From a virus (taxonomy: Duplodnaviria; Caudoviricetes), in IMG/VR virus record IMGVR_UViG_3300006754_000025, positions 1 through 53,560 of that record: DNA of 53,560 nt. One strand, 5' to 3'. Numbering within the stretch: position 1 is the first letter of the stretch; each line of letters opens with the position of its first letter. The notes below the pieces were generated by a model. It saw only the letters and a list, made by a program, of their open reading frames with translations, searched no databases and was not told where the DNA came from. The translations under genes and the position numbers were made by a program. Shown in pieces: positions 36,865-46,561 of this stretch.

Positions 36865-37429
36865 GGTTTCCACCGTGTTTTTCGATGATGTCCGCCGTCT
36901 CGGTCTTGACGTTCAATTCAGGATTGGCCGCCTGCCGTTCGCGCAGGTGACGAGCGACAATATCCTTCCCTAACGTCACGCGTCTTTTGCGGGCTCGCTC
37001 CGGTCGCGCCGGGGCTTCCGCATCCGTGACCTTGCACGAGCCCTCGCACGGTACGCCTCGTTCGATGCACCGCTCTTGGACTTCGCCTCGCGATTTCACA
37101 AACGCTTGTGGGTCGCCTTCGTCGTCGGCCAGGCCAGGTTGATAGAAGTCGCCCGGCATCGGCGTGTAGCCTTTGGCTTTCGCCTTGGCAACGATTCGTG
37201 CAAGCCCTGCTGGATCGTCGGCGAACTGCTTATCCAACGTGCCAACGCCCGCGAAGAATGTTGAGTCGGTGACACAGCCCGGCGCTTTCCCTGCCTTGGC
37301 CATTTCGCGCATTCGCTGCTTGTCCCTCGCGATCTGTTCGTCAGGCAGAGGCGGGTCGTACACCGTTTTGCCGGCGACGATGGTTGCGCGATAAGACACA
37401 CCGTTGATTTTCGTAGTCCAACCAGCCAC
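36854..37429 (-). CDS. hypothetical protein in the head module
   Basis: GGAG RBS before GTG 37429; 191 aa. Confidence 0.6.
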   Translation of the reverse strand: MAGWTTKINGVSYRATIVAGKTVYDPPLPDEQIARDKQRMREMAKAGKAPGCVTDSTFFAGVGTLDKQFADDPAGLARIVAKAKAKGYTPMPGDFYQPGLADDEGDPQAFVKSRGEVQERCIERGVPCEGSCKVTDAEAPARPERARKRRVTLGKDIVARHLRERQAANPELNVKTETADIIEKHGGNHVD

Positions 37430-37433
37430 GTAA

Positions 37434-37760
37434 TTACTCCTTGATGTAGCGGAACCAGCCTGTGACGCGACCGGTCGTGGTAAGCACGACTTGGAACGCT
37501 TCCCCGGCGACGCATTGAACAACCGGAATCAATTGATTGGCCGGTTTGTCGATCGCCCCGCCTGCGATCAAGCCGACAGGACCGATCTTCACCGTCGCCG
37601 CACTCGTTAGCGAAACGTCGTTCGCGGCGACCGCACGGAGATGGGCTTCGTAGACTGTGATGCGTTGCCCCGCCGTCAACGCAACAACCTCATGCGTCGC
37701 CGCCGTTGCTTCATCGAACTGGACGGTCACCAGTTTCTTAGGGTCAGTTAGAATCGTCAT
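37434..37760 (-). CDS. small beta-rich virion protein
   Basis: 108 aa downstream of the portal gene. Confidence 0.6.
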   Translation of the reverse strand: MTILTDPKKLVTVQFDEATAATHEVVALTAGQRITVYEAHLRAVAANDVSLTSAATVKIGPVGLIAGGAIDKPANQLIPVVQCVAGEAFQVVLTTTGRVTGWFRYIKE

Positions 37761-40176
37761 TGTTTCCCTCCGACGCTGGCTTCTTATCGATCAGCGTCAG
37801 TTGTTTTTGCTTCAGCTTGATGTCCTGCTTTTTCAACTCGATGTCGAGTTCTTTCAGGTCCACTTCCAACTTCTTTTCTTCCACGTCGTACTGAGCGATT
37901 GCCACGTCAGCCGCTGACTGCATCGCAGCCGACTGAGCATTGACGCCAGCTTCCTCAGTCTTGATGCGAGTCTCTTCCACCTTCGCCATCGCGTCGGCTT
38001 GCTTCAGCGCGGCGTCTTGCTGCTTGGTTTGGGCGTCGGCTTGCTTGACGGCAAGTTCCAGCTGGGCGGACTGGGCCGCCGTTTGTGCTTGGACCTGCGC
38101 TTTCTGCATCTCGATTTGCGCTTTCTGTTGGTCAACGGCTGCCTGCGCCTGCGCCGCCTGTATGTCGACTTGCGACTTCTGGATCGCCAGTTGCCCCTTC
38201 TGCAACTCGGCCTGCGCCTTCGCTTGCTCGGCTTCCGCCTGCTGCTGCATCATTTGCTGCTGCTCTGGCGTCGGCGGCGGCGGCGGTGCCGGCGTACGAG
38301 GACCCATCCGAAGCTCGTCAACGTCCATCTCGATCGCATCGCCCCATTGCTCGACAAACGCGTTGAGCGGGTTCGTGTCCGACGTAGCGTCGGCGTGCTT
38401 GTCCAGCACCGGGAAGAGGGTCGAAACGACCGCGTTGATATTCTCGGTGTCTCGCTCTTTATTAGGCTTGCGCATCGAACCGGCGGTGACTGTAGCGCGC
38501 ATTTCCCGCACGACGACTTCCGGTTCTACGCCAACGACCTTCTCGTCCCAGAGACGAGCGCCCACCGGGCCAACGAGGTCTTGGATGTCTTTTCCCTCGA
38601 CAAACCACCGCGCGACGAACTTCTCCATGTCCGCCGCTAGTTCCATCCACGCTTCGACACGCCTAGCCATATAGTCTGGCCGGACTTGGCTGTTCTTGTT
38701 CTTGATTTTGCTGTCGGTCGCCGAACGACTCTGCGCGCCGCCAGGATTCAAGCCGTACACCAACTCGTTCAAGCCGGTACGTTGCTCAAACAGATGTGTG
38801 ATTCGGTCGATCATTTGGAACGCGTCGGTATTCACGTTCGGCTGGTCGATCCATTGAATGCACTGCTTCAGGTCTTTATTGACTTCGCTGATCTTGATGA
38901 TCGCCAAGTCTTCCGCCGATCGTAGCGGTCCCTCGACTTCCGCAGCCGCCCGCTCCAAGACCGCGATGATGTCACGGCTGCTCGACCACGTTCGCCCAGC
39001 AAGATGGCTGATGAAGATATTGAGGTAAGTCAACTCGCCCAAGCCGGGCGCCATCGGTGCGATTGGGTACGGCGATTTGGGGTTCGGGTAGAAGTCCAAC
39101 ATCGCAAACGGCCATTTGTCATCGCGCCAAAACGGGATCGGCCAACGAAACCGCTTCTCGATCTGATCGTCCGATTCCCTCTCAATCGCGTCGCTTGGCG
39201 CGTTGAGCGGCCAGTCGCAGCCCTCGCAAACAACGACGTAGCAATAGTCGCCGCAAACCTCGTCCAACGTCTCTCGCAAGGACGTGTCAACGCCGGTCAG
39301 TCGTCCGCCGCAACCCATCTTCGACCAGATACGGTAGAAGACGATTAGGTCGTTCGTCACGCCCTGCTTGCGATGAAACGACGCCAGGTCGTCGCCCCTC
39401 TGCTCACCTCGACCGTTGTGGCTTTCGGCAGTCGCTTTGTCCTTCAGCGAATCCTTCGGCAGATTGAATTCGCGTTCGACCTTCCAGTACGGCAAGACCT
39501 CTCGTTTCGCCACCCACCAAGCGTCGTCGAGCGAGGTGCAATCGGGGTCATAAAACAGATTCTCTTGCGAGTCGAAAAAACATCCGGTCAGCGTTCGCTG
39601 CGAACCCGGCATCTTATACTGGCGCGGCCAGACGACCCCTCGCCCTGACACCAACGCCTCGGTGATTGCTGAATGAGAGTTTTCGGCGAGGCCGCCGAAC
39701 GGCTGCTCGTCCGGCGTGTAGTTCAGATAGAGTTCCATCAACTGGGTGCGGATGTCGTCATCCATGTCGCGCTTCAACTGCTCTTGCACAACCTGCTGAA
39801 ACATCGGCGACTCTTCCCCGCCGAACATCTGAGGGTCAGGCTCGAACTGTTTACGCGGGCGGACGGCACGAGCCGGATTCTGGTGGTACATCGTGGGTCC
39901 AAAGATGGACACCAACTCGAATCCCTTTTGCAGCGTGATCTTAAAACGCGGCTTCATCTTGCCGTTGAGGTACTTCGCTTGGAACTTGTCGTCCCACATG
40001 AAGCCCATTTCGCCGCTGAAAAAATGGTGGCACTGGTTCGCAATCGAGTCCCACGGTTTGCGCACAGCTATCGCCTGCTGGATCTTGCCGAGCCAGCCAC
40101 TAACGAGCGGTCGCATTACTTCCGTCTTCTTCGTCGGATCGGGCGACACGCGTGAGGATTCGAGGGCGCTAATCAT
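37744..40176 (-). CDS. portal protein with long C-terminal coiled-coil barrel (P22-like)
   Basis: 810 aa after TerL; EALVSGRGVV, FEQRTGLNELVYG, SATDS motifs; poly-Pro followed by a ~160-aa Q/A-rich helix. Confidence 0.85.
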   Translation of the reverse strand: MISALESSRVSPDPTKKTEVMRPLVSGWLGKIQQAIAVRKPWDSIANQCHHFFSGEMGFMWDDKFQAKYLNGKMKPRFKITLQKGFELVSIFGPTMYHQNPARAVRPRKQFEPDPQMFGGEESPMFQQVVQEQLKRDMDDDIRTQLMELYLNYTPDEQPFGGLAENSHSAITEALVSGRGVVWPRQYKMPGSQRTLTGCFFDSQENLFYDPDCTSLDDAWWVAKREVLPYWKVEREFNLPKDSLKDKATAESHNGRGEQRGDDLASFHRKQGVTNDLIVFYRIWSKMGCGGRLTGVDTSLRETLDEVCGDYCYVVVCEGCDWPLNAPSDAIERESDDQIEKRFRWPIPFWRDDKWPFAMLDFYPNPKSPYPIAPMAPGLGELTYLNIFISHLAGRTWSSSRDIIAVLERAAAEVEGPLRSAEDLAIIKISEVNKDLKQCIQWIDQPNVNTDAFQMIDRITHLFEQRTGLNELVYGLNPGGAQSRSATDSKIKNKNSQVRPDYMARRVEAWMELAADMEKFVARWFVEGKDIQDLVGPVGARLWDEKVVGVEPEVVVREMRATVTAGSMRKPNKERDTENINAVVSTLFPVLDKHADATSDTNPLNAFVEQWGDAIEMDVDELRMGPRTPAPPPPPTPEQQQMMQQQAEAEQAKAQAELQKGQLAIQKSQVDIQAAQAQAAVDQQKAQIEMQKAQVQAQTAAQSAQLELAVKQADAQTKQQDAALKQADAMAKVEETRIKTEEAGVNAQSAAMQSAADVAIAQYDVEEKKLEVDLKELDIELKKQDIKLKQKQLTLIDKKPASEGNNDDSN

Positions 40177-40679
40177 TCAGTCGATCCTGCGGTTACGCGT
40201 TGGGTCGTTCGGCTCTTAATCACGCTACTAACCGTCATGGCGTTCCACTTGCCGCCGACTTCTTTCGCAATCTCTTTATTGGACTTGCCGGCTGCGTTCA
40301 GTCGCATAATCTGCACACGCTCTTGCTCGCCCGTCTCCGCTTCAGCGACGTGGGCCTGCGCTTGACGCGATTTCGCGATACGTTCCGCGTCCTTGAGTTG
40401 CTGGCGCTGAATCGATTCACTGAGCGTTTCCCAGAGTCCGTACTGGGCGGCGACTGGGTCTTGGACATCCGTTAGCACATGGTTGACGTTGCGTCGCAGA
40501 ACGAACTGCATCGCGTGCTTGGGAAGCGTCGCCAAGTGGCAGCGATTGAGATAATCGATGTCGGTGACGACCGCTGCGATCGGCGTCGCTCGCGTGTCGC
40601 CCTTCTCGTAAAACACGACCTGACAACCGATGACCGTTGTCTCGCCACTGTCGAAGCCTTCTCGCTGTTTGCTACTCAT
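40173..40679 (-). CDS. hypothetical protein with C-terminal HTH
   Basis: ATGA-coupled to terL; RLNAAGKSNKEIAKEVG...TVSSVI HTH. Confidence 0.6.
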   Translation of the reverse strand: MSSKQREGFDSGETTVIGCQVVFYEKGDTRATPIAAVVTDIDYLNRCHLATLPKHAMQFVLRRNVNHVLTDVQDPVAAQYGLWETLSESIQRQQLKDAERIAKSRQAQAHVAEAETGEQERVQIMRLNAAGKSNKEIAKEVGGKWNAMTVSSVIKSRTTQRVTAGSTE

Positions 40680-42427
40680 CGTTGGGAAACCTCGTTTGTT
40701 GTTGCGCCGGGTCCACACGTCACTGACATGCGATCCTGCTTCGGCGCTGGGGACCACTGACTACGGAAATACTCAAGCGCCGGACTGGCCGGCATAGCGT
40801 TGATTGGCGGCGGCGCGTACTGGAAGTCGCCAGCACACCAGTAGCGGATGCAGTCACAAAGAGGATCGATCTGCCGGCCTGCCGGCTTCTCGCCTGTGAC
40901 GCCGGACGAGGGATGTTCCTCTTTGCGGTACATCGCCATCTGTTTGATAAACGCCGGGCAGTTGCCGGTAACCAGGCGCAGCTTGGGGCGACCGTTCCGG
41001 CGGATGTATAGTGCTTCGCGGACGGCTTCGATTCCGCCCATCAAGTCATCGCTACCCATGCGGAATGTGCCGCCAGTCGAGACGCATCGCAGACTTAGAA
41101 GATTGAACGCGTCTTCGTAATGCTCGCGAACCGTTTTACTGAAGCCCATCGGCGTCGTTCGGCCAGCGTGCGAGTCCATCACGAAGTAATGGAACGACTG
41201 ACTCTTCGCCTTGTGCAAAACGTGCTTCGCCAGCGTGTGGGCGTCGCAGCTGGGGATATAGACTTCGTCGTAAATGACGTGAACATCGCCACCGCATACC
41301 TCGGCAACGTCAGGCGGGGCGATCGCGGTCAGCAGGACGCCAGGGTGCGAGTGACCAGGGTCGAGGATCAAACCGCGACACCAATTCGTCGGCGGCATCC
41401 CGCCGTTCTTCGCGAGGATCTTATCTGCCGCGTCGTAGTCGCCTTCGCTGGCCGGCGGCGTACGGTGAACGAATTCGCTGAAGTTCGGGTAGACACGAGA
41501 CGCGCCGAAGACGAACTCGCCGTCATCACGCGACTTGATTTCCTCTGCGCTCCAGCCCTCTCGCCGCTTCCGTTTCTCGTCTTCCTTGATGAACGGGTTG
41601 TCGCTGAATCGCAAGACGACTTCTTCAACGTCCGGCTTCTTCCGGTCCTGTTGATCTTTCGCCCGTTTGCTCAAATCGACGACGACGTGCGAGCCGTGGC
41701 CAGGCCAAACCGACCAGACGATGCGTCCCTCATGGTCAGAGATACGCGCTTGCCACTCCGCGTAGTGACCAGGAAATTTGATTTTCTCATCGATCCAGAT
41801 GTAGTCGACCGGGTCGCCCATCTTCGGGTCAGCCACCGACGTGAACGCGTAGATGGTCGTGCCGTTCGTTAACTCGCATTTGGTGAACAGGCGGTTGGCT
41901 TTGTCTTTCCAACCCCAGCCTTTGGGGTTAATCAGCCTTTTGGGAATCGCCGGCGGCGAGGGGCGGCGATCGGCTTGACGGTCCTGATCCGTTTCAGGGT
42001 CATACGCTCGCCACTTGTCCGTCTCAAGGTCTTTGACCATGTCGAACAAGCCGCGTTGAAACAGCAATCGATGCAGCGTCTGGCCGATGTGCTTTTCGCC
42101 AAGCCCGATCGTCCACATCGTCATCGGGCGGTTCTGCTCGTGCGCAAAAGCGTGCGGCCCATAGATCGGAAGACTATTGCCGTCACTGTCATAGATCGGA
42201 ATCCCAGTACACGCCGACGCGAACAACATCGCAGCGCACACCGACTTGCCCGATCGGTTGCCGCCTCGCAACAGCAATTCCGACGCGCCCGAATAGAAGA
42301 CCTTCAGTTGGTTGGGCTTGGGACGAAATATATTCAACGCCTCTTTCTCCAACCGCGATCGATGCGCGGCGAGTTTTAAGAGTCGCTGTTGATTGCTAGG
42401 CGTAATGCTACGCTGCGTCTTCGTCAT
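40676..42427 (-). CDS. terL: terminase large subunit
   Basis: Walker A GGNRSGKS, Walker B YIWIDE, nuclease motifs ILDPG and DPLCDCIRY. Confidence 0.92.
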   Translation of the reverse strand: MTKTQRSITPSNQQRLLKLAAHRSRLEKEALNIFRPKPNQLKVFYSGASELLLRGGNRSGKSVCAAMLFASACTGIPIYDSDGNSLPIYGPHAFAHEQNRPMTMWTIGLGEKHIGQTLHRLLFQRGLFDMVKDLETDKWRAYDPETDQDRQADRRPSPPAIPKRLINPKGWGWKDKANRLFTKCELTNGTTIYAFTSVADPKMGDPVDYIWIDEKIKFPGHYAEWQARISDHEGRIVWSVWPGHGSHVVVDLSKRAKDQQDRKKPDVEEVVLRFSDNPFIKEDEKRKRREGWSAEEIKSRDDGEFVFGASRVYPNFSEFVHRTPPASEGDYDAADKILAKNGGMPPTNWCRGLILDPGHSHPGVLLTAIAPPDVAEVCGGDVHVIYDEVYIPSCDAHTLAKHVLHKAKSQSFHYFVMDSHAGRTTPMGFSKTVREHYEDAFNLLSLRCVSTGGTFRMGSDDLMGGIEAVREALYIRRNGRPKLRLVTGNCPAFIKQMAMYRKEEHPSSGVTGEKPAGRQIDPLCDCIRYWCAGDFQYAPPPINAMPASPALEYFRSQWSPAPKQDRMSVTCGPGATTNEVSQR

Positions 42428-42935
42428 TTTCGTCCGCCAATAAACGCAATCCCATTTGGGACGCCATGCGCTCCACTTCGGCGCTTACGTCTTCCAACTC
42501 CATCGCGTCGATGTCTGTATTGGCGGGGCGATGTTCAGCTGCTTTCATGTGCAGCCGGACCAAGTCACGGAAGTAGTCAAGCACCAGCCGCGAACCAGGG
42601 TTCCTTGACATGGCGGTGTCGACTTGGTGTTTCCACTCAAGGCAGAAACCCTCAAGCCCGCCATGCATCGACATCATGCGATCGCACACCTGGACGACTT
42701 CGGCGTATTTGTCGCCAGCTTGCAAAAGGATGCTGCTGGTCTGCTTCATCAACTCGCGCTTCTCGCGGCTGATGGTCGGGTCTACTTCCGGCTTTCCCTC
42801 TTTCGCCATCTGGGCGTCGAGGCGGCATTGTCGACACAGGTTGTAATGCTGACCGTCCACGCTCTTACGAATCGGGCGCTTGCAATCAGAATTGCGACAC
42901 TTGTGTTTTTTGTCGTTGCCGTTGTTTTCAGTCAT
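42408..42935 (-). CDS. putative terminase small subunit with N-terminal Zn finger
   Basis: Immediately upstream of and overlapping terL; Cx4C...CxxC, then helical. Confidence 0.5.
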   Translation of the reverse strand: MTENNGNDKKHKCRNSDCKRPIRKSVDGQHYNLCRQCRLDAQMAKEGKPEVDPTISREKRELMKQTSSILLQAGDKYAEVVQVCDRMMSMHGGLEGFCLEWKHQVDTAMSRNPGSRLVLDYFRDLVRLHMKAAEHRPANTDIDAMELEDVSAEVERMASQMGLRLLADENDEDAA

Positions 42936-42944
42936 CGCCTTACC

Positions 42945-42984
42945 AAAAAAGCCGCGACTCGGTTTACTACGCCGAATCGCGGCT
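42945..42984 (-). terminator. Rho-independent terminator between the capsid and packaging genes
   Basis: GCCGCGATTCGG/CCGAGTCGCGGC stem followed by T6 on the minus strand. Confidence 0.75.
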
Positions 42985-43023
42985 CCCTACTCTGGAACTG
43001 ACGCTCCAGTGATTCAGCTTTTG

Positions 43024-43536
43024 TTAGGAATACAACAGGTTCAGCCACACCCGCCCGGTCGTGCTGGCGATCCCCGCCATAGCGCGGCCAACATCGTTGT
43101 CCGTTGGAGGGGATGAGGCGTTGTCGATCTTGCCGCCGGCAGCGCAAGCGACAATCGTGTCAGCCGTAACCGTTCCGAGCGCGTGCGCAGTACACGGACC
43201 CTCTTGAACGATCCAGAACCAGCTACCGACGGGCACGCCGCCTGAGCCGATGTATTCATCCACTAGCCCAGCCGGCTGATCGGTCGCAGCTGCATAGTCG
43301 TCGACTACTTTGCCGAACGAACCAGCCTCATAAGTGACGAGCAAAGACGCGGTAAGCGTCGTCGCATCGTTGTTTTGAACCAACCGACATTTGACGAGCG
43401 AGTTGCTATTGCGAGGCTTCACGCCTTGCTGCGACCAGTCAACGTCGGGGAACCACTTGACCAAGCCTTCCGCATCCGACGGAATACTCGTCCAAGACTT
43501 ACCTCGGGGCATTGAACCCATTCCAGCACCAGCCAT
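43024..43536 (-). CDS. capsid decoration/cement protein
   Basis: GSWFWIVQEGPC...V.A...VA...GG.I, VGRA motifs of DUF2190-like cement proteins. Confidence 0.65.
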   Translation of the reverse strand: MAGAGMGSMPRGKSWTSIPSDAEGLVKWFPDVDWSQQGVKPRNSNSLVKCRLVQNNDATTLTASLLVTYEAGSFGKVVDDYAAATDQPAGLVDEYIGSGGVPVGSWFWIVQEGPCTAHALGTVTADTIVACAAGGKIDNASSPPTDNDVGRAMAGIASTTGRVWLNLLYS

Positions 43537-43619
43537 CAGATCACCTCTCTCTCAAAAAGTTCCGCCTGCGTGCTGTCGGGGTTCACCCTGTTCACTCACA
43601 CGCAGCCGCTTGTTCCGCT

Positions 43620-44063
43620 TTACGCGAAGGTGATGGCGTCCGATGCGACCAACTTCCCATTGGGAAGAACGACGATCAGATACCATGTGTCGATGCTCGA
43701 CTCTTCAACATTGATGTCGAAGTCGCCGTCAGATTCACTCGTGACAAACCCGGCTTTGTCAGCCGTCGTTTCTTCCAGCACGCCGTCGGTGCCGATCGAG
43801 ATTCCAGAGTCCGGCGCCGTACTAGCGATCGAATCGCCGTTCGCGTCGTCGGACAGATAAACCCGCACGCACGAACGAACTGTCATGTCGAGGCCGCCGG
43901 CGTCCAGCAGCTGCACCGCCACGTTGATGACATCTGTCGCTTCAGTGCCAACCGTGATGGTTGCGCCATCCACGCCAAACTTGCCAACGACATCCGCAGC
44001 GGCGGCGTTGCTCCCAAGCGCCGTCGTCAAGGCCGGCACTGTTCCTGATTTCAAAGCCATCAA
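43620..44063 (-). CDS. capsid-associated Ig-like protein
   Basis: 147 aa beta-rich protein directly after the MCP gene. Confidence 0.55.
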   Translation of the reverse strand: MMALKSGTVPALTTALGSNAAAADVVGKFGVDGATITVGTEATDVINVAVQLLDAGGLDMTVRSCVRVYLSDDANGDSIASTAPDSGISIGTDGVLEETTADKAGFVTSESDGDFDINVEESSIDTWYLIVVLPNGKLVASDAITFA

Positions 44064-44077
44064 ATCGCTCCTTCGGC

Positions 44078-45175
44078 TTAGGCCAAGTCTTTGATCAGCG
44101 CGAAGTATTTCGGCTGATACCGTGCGTTGCCGAAGAAGCCGGCTTTGAAGAGGTACGCATCCGACTTGATGTCGTAGTACGGTCCTCGTGTGCCGAACAA
44201 AACGTCATCCCAGGACGCGAGTTCCATCTGATGGACGTTGATCGCGTAGACTTCCGTCGCCGGCACGTCAAATTCGTACTTGACCATCACGCCGTCTTGA
44301 TTGAGCGTGTCGGGGAAGCCGAGGTCGCGGGCTTCGGGGTGAGGGATAATGTTCCGAAACTTCGCTTCGTGATAGTCTTGGAAGCCGTTGAACTTGTTGT
44401 TGCCCATCATGTAACAAGTTGGCCGACCATCTTTGCCGCCGTTCTTCGTGAGCCAGGTCGTGGTTCGACGAAGGATCTTGCCGCAATTGTCTTCCCAGTT
44501 GGTCGTCGCACCCCAAGCGGTGGACGAACTGTTGACGATGATCGGCGACAGGTAGTCGTAATCACTGTCGCCTTTGCCGTCCGGCCAGTCGGTGTTGATC
44601 GTCGAGTTGGGCTTCGTGCCAAGGTCGGTCGACCATTGGCCCGACTCCGACGCGAGCGCCGTCGATCGAGTGCCATACGTGTCGCTAGGAACAGCGACAA
44701 TATCGCCAGCGGCGACGGTTCCGTAGCCAAGGAACGACTGCAGACCGTGAAGCCGGTTGCCGTTTCCAGTGGCGTAGCCGTCGATGTAAAGCTCACCGTG
44801 GAAGTGGTCGTCCAACGACTTCTTCAGGTTGGGCATAATCCGCTTGTAGCGATTGATGATCGCCACGTTGCCCTTGTTCATCAGCGTGTTCTTAAAGTCC
44901 ATCTTGTCCGTGGCGACATAGCCGCGAACATCGACGTTAAGCTGCCGATAGAGGTCGTGTTCGTCGAACGAATACTCGCCACTGGCGCCATGCGATTGCA
45001 CGGGCGGTTGCGAAAATTCGACGTTCCAATAACAGGACTCCCCGTTTTCGTTGAACGAAATTCGTCCAGCTTCGGACAGCAGTCGTAGGAAGAGTCGCCG
45101 CCGTACCGTCAGGTCGGCAGCGCCTGCGAAATACTTTCGCGCAGTCGTGTTAACGACCGTGAGGGCTTCAGCCAT
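44078..45175 (-). CDS. major capsid protein (HK97 fold)
   Basis: 365 aa after the scaffold; LYIDGYATG...LHGL and LGFPDTLNQDGV..KYEFDVP...Y.IN motifs. Confidence 0.85.
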   Translation of the reverse strand: MAEALTVVNTTARKYFAGAADLTVRRRLFLRLLSEAGRISFNENGESCYWNVEFSQPPVQSHGASGEYSFDEHDLYRQLNVDVRGYVATDKMDFKNTLMNKGNVAIINRYKRIMPNLKKSLDDHFHGELYIDGYATGNGNRLHGLQSFLGYGTVAAGDIVAVPSDTYGTRSTALASESGQWSTDLGTKPNSTINTDWPDGKGDSDYDYLSPIIVNSSSTAWGATTNWEDNCGKILRRTTTWLTKNGGKDGRPTCYMMGNNKFNGFQDYHEAKFRNIIPHPEARDLGFPDTLNQDGVMVKYEFDVPATEVYAINVHQMELASWDDVLFGTRGPYYDIKSDAYLFKAGFFGNARYQPKYFALIKDLA

Positions 45176-45189
45176 CTCTTAGACTCCGT

Positions 45190-46434
45190 TTAGATGATGC
45201 CTTGTTTCTTCGATTCCTCGTCAACCATTTCCGCGAAGTCCATGTCCTCCGCTGCACGCTCAGCAGCAGCTGCGACACGCCGATTAGTTGGCGGCGTATC
45301 TGGCTGGCCGTTGATGCGGTTCTTCTCTTTCGCGAAGCCCTCTTTCAATCGCTCATTGCGATGTTTCGGAAGCTCCGGCGAAGTTGGCGCGGTTGGTTGA
45401 GGGGTTTCCTCGCCGCTCGTTGCTGTTTCAGATGGCGATGGAGCGGCGGGGCGCCAATGCTCCATCGCGTAGTCGTTGAGCGCGTTGTCGTCGGCTTCAA
45501 TGTTGTATTTCTCGAAGAAGGCGCGTCCCTGTTCACGGACGGCTAAGAATTGCTGGCCTTCTTCGGACACCTTTGCTGCGCCATCGCCCTGCAGCTGGTA
45601 ACCGCCGTCCGCATCCAAGGCGAACAGCTGCTCACGGTAATGGTGCAAAAAGCCGTTGTACTGCTGGTCGGATTCGCTGAGTTGCTGTTGCTGTCCGAAG
45701 TAGTCTTTGATTTGCGATTGGACTCGCTCATCGAAGTCACCTACTTGTTGTTCAACCAGGCGTTGCGTGGCTTGCTCGACCAGGGTTGGGAATTCGCGAA
45801 CCAGCTTGCGGGCGTGGTCGGCTTCCCAGCGTCGTGCCGTCGTAATCTTGTCGGCGATGGATTGGTCAACCCAGTCCCTCGCGGCGACGAAACGACCCGC
45901 TTCGGCGTCGTACTCGATGTCGCCTCTCGCGACGAGGGCTTCCCACTCGTCGCTAACTTCCGGCGGCGTCCAGTCCGCGAACGGTCCAGGCGTCTCTTCC
46001 TCTGGTTCTGGCTCTGGCTCAGGCGGGGCTTGGCGTTGCTCTTGCCACTCTTGGTAGGCCGGATCGCGAAGCCGTTCAGCGGCGTCCATTCCATCGAGTG
46101 CTTGCCGTTCAAGCTGGGCGACGAAGTCGGCGTCTGTCTCGTAGCCTTCTAGGTCGATCCCCCGTGATCGGTACGCGTCGAGGATTGGCGTGCTAACTGT
46201 CTCAGTTGGCTCGACCGCTGTCTCAGGCTCAGGCTCGGACGGCGTCGTGGGCGCAATCGACTCGGGTGACGGTAGCAAAGCGCTTGAGGGGTCGGCGGTT
46301 TTGTCGTCGCCGCCCTGCAGCTTGGCAGCAGCTTCAGTGAAGACATCAAGCGGAGTTCCACCATTGACGGGGGCGCCCAGCGTCTCTGGGGCACCTTCGT
46401 TCATGTCATCTGTGAAGTCGTGTTGCTTTGCCAT
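45190..46434 (-). CDS. capsid scaffolding protein
   Basis: Acidic, helical/disordered 414 aa immediately upstream of the MCP gene. Confidence 0.7.
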   Translation of the reverse strand: MAKQHDFTDDMNEGAPETLGAPVNGGTPLDVFTEAAAKLQGGDDKTADPSSALLPSPESIAPTTPSEPEPETAVEPTETVSTPILDAYRSRGIDLEGYETDADFVAQLERQALDGMDAAERLRDPAYQEWQEQRQAPPEPEPEPEEETPGPFADWTPPEVSDEWEALVARGDIEYDAEAGRFVAARDWVDQSIADKITTARRWEADHARKLVREFPTLVEQATQRLVEQQVGDFDERVQSQIKDYFGQQQQLSESDQQYNGFLHHYREQLFALDADGGYQLQGDGAAKVSEEGQQFLAVREQGRAFFEKYNIEADDNALNDYAMEHWRPAAPSPSETATSGEETPQPTAPTSPELPKHRNERLKEGFAKEKNRINGQPDTPPTNRRVAAAAERAAEDMDFAEMVDEESKKQGII

Positions 46435-46511
46435 CTCGTCTCCCGGCTGCTCGTTGCTGGATGCAACTCGTAACCGAGGGACCGCGCAAACTTAAAACAC
46501 CTCAGCAGCGG

Positions 46512-46541
46512 TTGGCCGTAGACAGGGGGACACGGTAGAAT
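46512..46541 (+). promoter_or_regulatory. sigma70-like promoter
   Basis: TTGGCC-18-TAGAAT upstream of 46562. Confidence 0.4.
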
Positions 46542-46561
46542 AAAAGCAGACCCGGTAATTC

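Noticed and set aside
37940-38674. Long + strand ORFs opposite the portal gene (and similar shadows such as 43961-45088, 41120-41872, 1261-2079)
   Set aside because: Antisense shadows of well-supported genes in GC-rich DNA, with no recognisable motifs.
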